Part shown: piece after piece, positions 52,826 to 54,780 of the stretch | How the letters are laid out: each line of letters starts with the position of its first letter | How positions within the stretch are numbered: the first letter of the stretch is position 1 | IMG/VR virus record: IMGVR_UViG_3300037307_000593 | Coordinates: 1 to 54,780 of that record | Reading direction: 5' to 3' (one strand) | Source of the DNA: a virus | Lineage: Duplodnaviria > Caudoviricetes | Length of the DNA stretch: 54,780 bases | Position numbers and translations under genes: made by a program | Notes under the pieces: model-generated | Database searches by the model: none | Told to the model about the DNA's origin: nothing | Seen by the model: the letters and a program-made list of their open reading frames with translations, nothing else

Positions 52826-52876
52826 CGTCGCTCCTGTTTTCAAGGCGAGGTCGTCAGCCCCGCGTCACACAAGCCA

Positions 52877-52905
52877 ATACTACGCGAGTTGCGCGTGGGA
52901 GTCAA
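52877..52905 (-). promoter_or_regulatory. Sigma70-type promoter
   Basis: TTGACT-17 bp-TAGTAT, with CGCGTAGTA overlapping the -10. Confidence 0.7.
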
Positions 52906-53156
52906 GCGGATTTGTGACCACCCGCCACCGCAACGGCAGGCGCCACGCAGTCGGCAACGTCATGTCCTGCTCGGCCCGCACGAGGACCACTTGGCCCGCG
53001 AGGCGCACGTGCCCGTGGCGGATGAAGACGGCCTGTCGGTGCGGCGCCCACTGCGGGGCCGGCGTGCGCGCCTCACGCACGTGTCGCGTGACCTGCCGCC
53101 CATCCGGCAGCACAACGGCCTGAGCGGGCCATGTCTGCGTGCGTCGGTGCATGATG

Positions 53157-53402
53157 TCAGTCCTTCACCCACCCGAAGTAATACCTCTCGTGGTGCTGGA
53201 ACATGAGCGTGCCACGCGCCCCGTCCTGCCGCCGCCGCACCAAGACGTAGGGCGCGAGAAAGCTCTGCACCTCGTAGTCCTGCTGCAGTTGCTGGGTGTC
53301 CCAGACCTGCCCATACTGCCGCTCCAGCGTCTCGCGGTCACTGGGGGTCTCGTTGAGGGCGGCGACTATCGCGCGCCGCAGCGGTTCGGTCGTGTCAGTC
53401 AT
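53157..53402 (-). CDS. Conserved small phage protein
   Basis: YGQVWDT..L..DYEV..FLAPYV.VRR..DG.RGTL.FQH..R.YF; GGAGG RBS. Confidence 0.7.
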   Translation of the reverse strand: MTDTTEPLRRAIVAALNETPSDRETLERQYGQVWDTQQLQQDYEVQSFLAPYVLVRRRQDGARGTLMFQHHERYYFGWVKD

Positions 53403-53404
53403 CG

Positions 53405-53599
53405 TCAGTCCTCCACCACGCGCTCGCACCGGTCGCACCCACGCGCCCGTGGCGACCGTGGGTCGTCCAGCCACGTCAGATGCCCGCCACACGCACACCG
53501 GCTCGCGAGCAGGTCTTGGGCCTCGCGCAGGGCCTGCTCCGTCCGTGTGAGCAGGTGACGTAGGCCCGCAATCTCGGCGCGGCGCTGGCGGTCAGTCAT
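53405..53599 (-). CDS. Small zinc-ribbon protein
   Basis: Coiled coil followed by CACGG...CDRC. Confidence 0.5.
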   Translation of the reverse strand: MTDRQRRAEIAGLRHLLTRTEQALREAQDLLASRCACGGHLTWLDDPRSPRARGCDRCERVVED

Positions 53600-53819
53600 T
53601 GAACACCAGCACTTCATCGACGAGGCCGTCGTTCCGGTGGCGCTTATAAATCACGTGCGCCACGTCGTCGTTGCCGCAGTTGTAGACGAACTGACGGCGC
53701 GTCCATTCACCGCCGTCAATCGTGGCGGTGGAGGGCCAGACGCCGGGCGGCCACCCGAGGTCGCTCGCATAGGTGCTGTATTTGCGGTACGTCGGATACC
53801 GCTCGATGAGCGTCAACAT
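53592..53819 (-). CDS. Hypothetical protein
   Basis: MLTLIERYP...ASDLGWPPGVWP...VLVFND. Confidence 0.55.
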   Translation of the reverse strand: MLTLIERYPTYRKYSTYASDLGWPPGVWPSTATIDGGEWTRRQFVYNCGNDDVAHVIYKRHRNDGLVDEVLVFND

Positions 53820-53820
53820 G

Positions 53821-54192
53821 TCAGCAATCCTCCCCACGCGCCCGCGCCGCCGCCGCCTCGCGTCGCGCTGCCTCGGCCTCGCGCTTCCGCCCGCACTCGG
53901 CGCAAAAGACCTCCGTCTGGACGCCGCCTGCGGAGTCCCACGTGCGCGGCTCATAGGCGACCACGTACGGCTCACTCGGCGGATAGAACTCGCCGAGGCC
54001 CTCCTCGTCACAGACGTCCTCGCCGCACAGGATCGGCGGCGTGGCGTGCGGGCACCGCTTGTCGCAGACGGTCGCGCGCCGATGGGCGCTTGCGCTCTCG
54101 CCGCAATACGCGCAGGTCGCGCTCGACGCCCCGCACGCGTAGCAGGCCGGAGCCGTGAGCGCCTCGTCAAAGGTCAGATACGTCGTCGCCAT
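53821..54192 (-). CDS. Cys-rich hypothetical protein
   Basis: AGGAG RBS behind promoter 54237-54265; multiple CxxC motifs. Confidence 0.55.
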   Translation of the reverse strand: MATTYLTFDEALTAPACYACGASSATCAYCGESASAHRRATVCDKRCPHATPPILCGEDVCDEEGLGEFYPPSEPYVVAYEPRTWDSAGGVQTEVFCAECGRKREAEAARREAAAARARGEDC

Positions 54193-54236
54193 GGTCACTC
54201 CTATGGGGGCGGCGTCACCTGCCCTCCACGAGACAC

Positions 54237-54265
54237 ATACTACTACTACGCGACGTGAATGTCAA
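54237..54265 (-). promoter_or_regulatory. Sigma70-type promoter
   Basis: TTGACA-17 bp-TAGTAT with CGCGTAGTAG in the spacer. Confidence 0.8.
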
Positions 54266-54609
54266 GTCCGGTGTCGCCGCTGCGCCCGCCACCGACGGGG
54301 CGGCACGTTGAGCGGAGGCAGGCCCTCGGGTTCCTCATAGCTCAGCCGTTCGCGCAGGAGCATCTCCGTGCCGCAGCGTGGACACGTCGTGACGTCCGGC
54401 GGCGGTTGGCGCGAGACCGTTCGGAGCGTCGGGCAGACGGGGCAGTGCCGATAGCTCTCGGAGACGGGCACCCGCTCGGCCGTCTCGCGCAGGACGGTGT
54501 CGATCTCGCCGATCAATGCCCGCACGGCCCGCCGAGGGCGCTCCCAGTGGTCGGCGACCAGATGCTCCCCCACACGGCGCAGCACGTCCCGCATGTCAAT
54601 CGCAGCCAT
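54262..54609 (-). CDS. Zinc-ribbon hypothetical protein
   Basis: CPVC...CPRCG; 115 aa. Confidence 0.5.
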   Translation of the reverse strand: MAAIDMRDVLRRVGEHLVADHWERPRRAVRALIGEIDTVLRETAERVPVSESYRHCPVCPTLRTVSRQPPPDVTTCPRCGTEMLLRERLSYEEPEGLPPLNVPPRRWRAQRRHRT

Positions 54610-54780
54610 GCTAGCTATCCCTCACAGCTTGATCAGCCGCTTCCCTTGCCGGTATGGCTCCCGTGGGGCCGGTTCCGCCACCTCGACCGGCGCATCGCCC
54701 GCCGGCGCCTCAGGAGGCGGCAGCGGCGGCACCCCCCCATACCAGCCCCGCCGCTGGGCCTCGCGCACCAGCGGCGCATA

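Noticed and set aside
1-54780. Integrase/att site, reverse transcriptase (DGR/retron) or stop-codon reassignment
   Set aside because: No tyrosine/serine recombinase or RT motifs were seen; core genes are full-length in the standard code and use all three stops.
1-54780. Host assignment and a self-target for the pentamer arrays
   Set aside because: High GC and sigma70-like promoters are not diagnostic of a host, and I could not find a convincing gapped match to the NN strings by eye; both need computation.

Overview
A contiguous ~55 kb piece of a high-GC tailed dsDNA phage with siphovirus-type gene order; almost every real gene is on the minus strand. Read in transcription direction (right to left) it contains: small early genes behind strong sigma70-type promoters; a recombination/replication block (ERF annealase, PD-(D/E)XK exonuclease, DnaB, TET-associated-type glycosyltransferase, resolvase); a methyltransferase/glycosyltransferase block; a run of repeated promoter-hairpin-RBS mini-gene cassettes; a compositionally distinct GATC-rich island with an M28-like peptidase; and the morphogenesis operon. 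That operon runs TerS, TerL with two inteins, portal, head morphogenesis protein, scaffold, P22-type capsid, head-tail connectors, an inserted MTase+GT pair, tail tube, frameshifted chaperones, a 2208-aa tape measure protein, a tail protein, and a repeat-rich fibre-like protein that runs off the window. The most striking locus is a stand-alone Cas7/RAMP-like gene (48987-49856) with no CRISPR array or other cas genes. It is flanked by arrays of 5-nt-periodic G(G/N)Y-NN repeats that each end in a hairpin, suggesting a phage RNA-guided system with a non-CRISPR guide RNA. No integrase, endolysin or canonical CRISPR array was recognised. All assignments are from motif reading by eye, without database searches.
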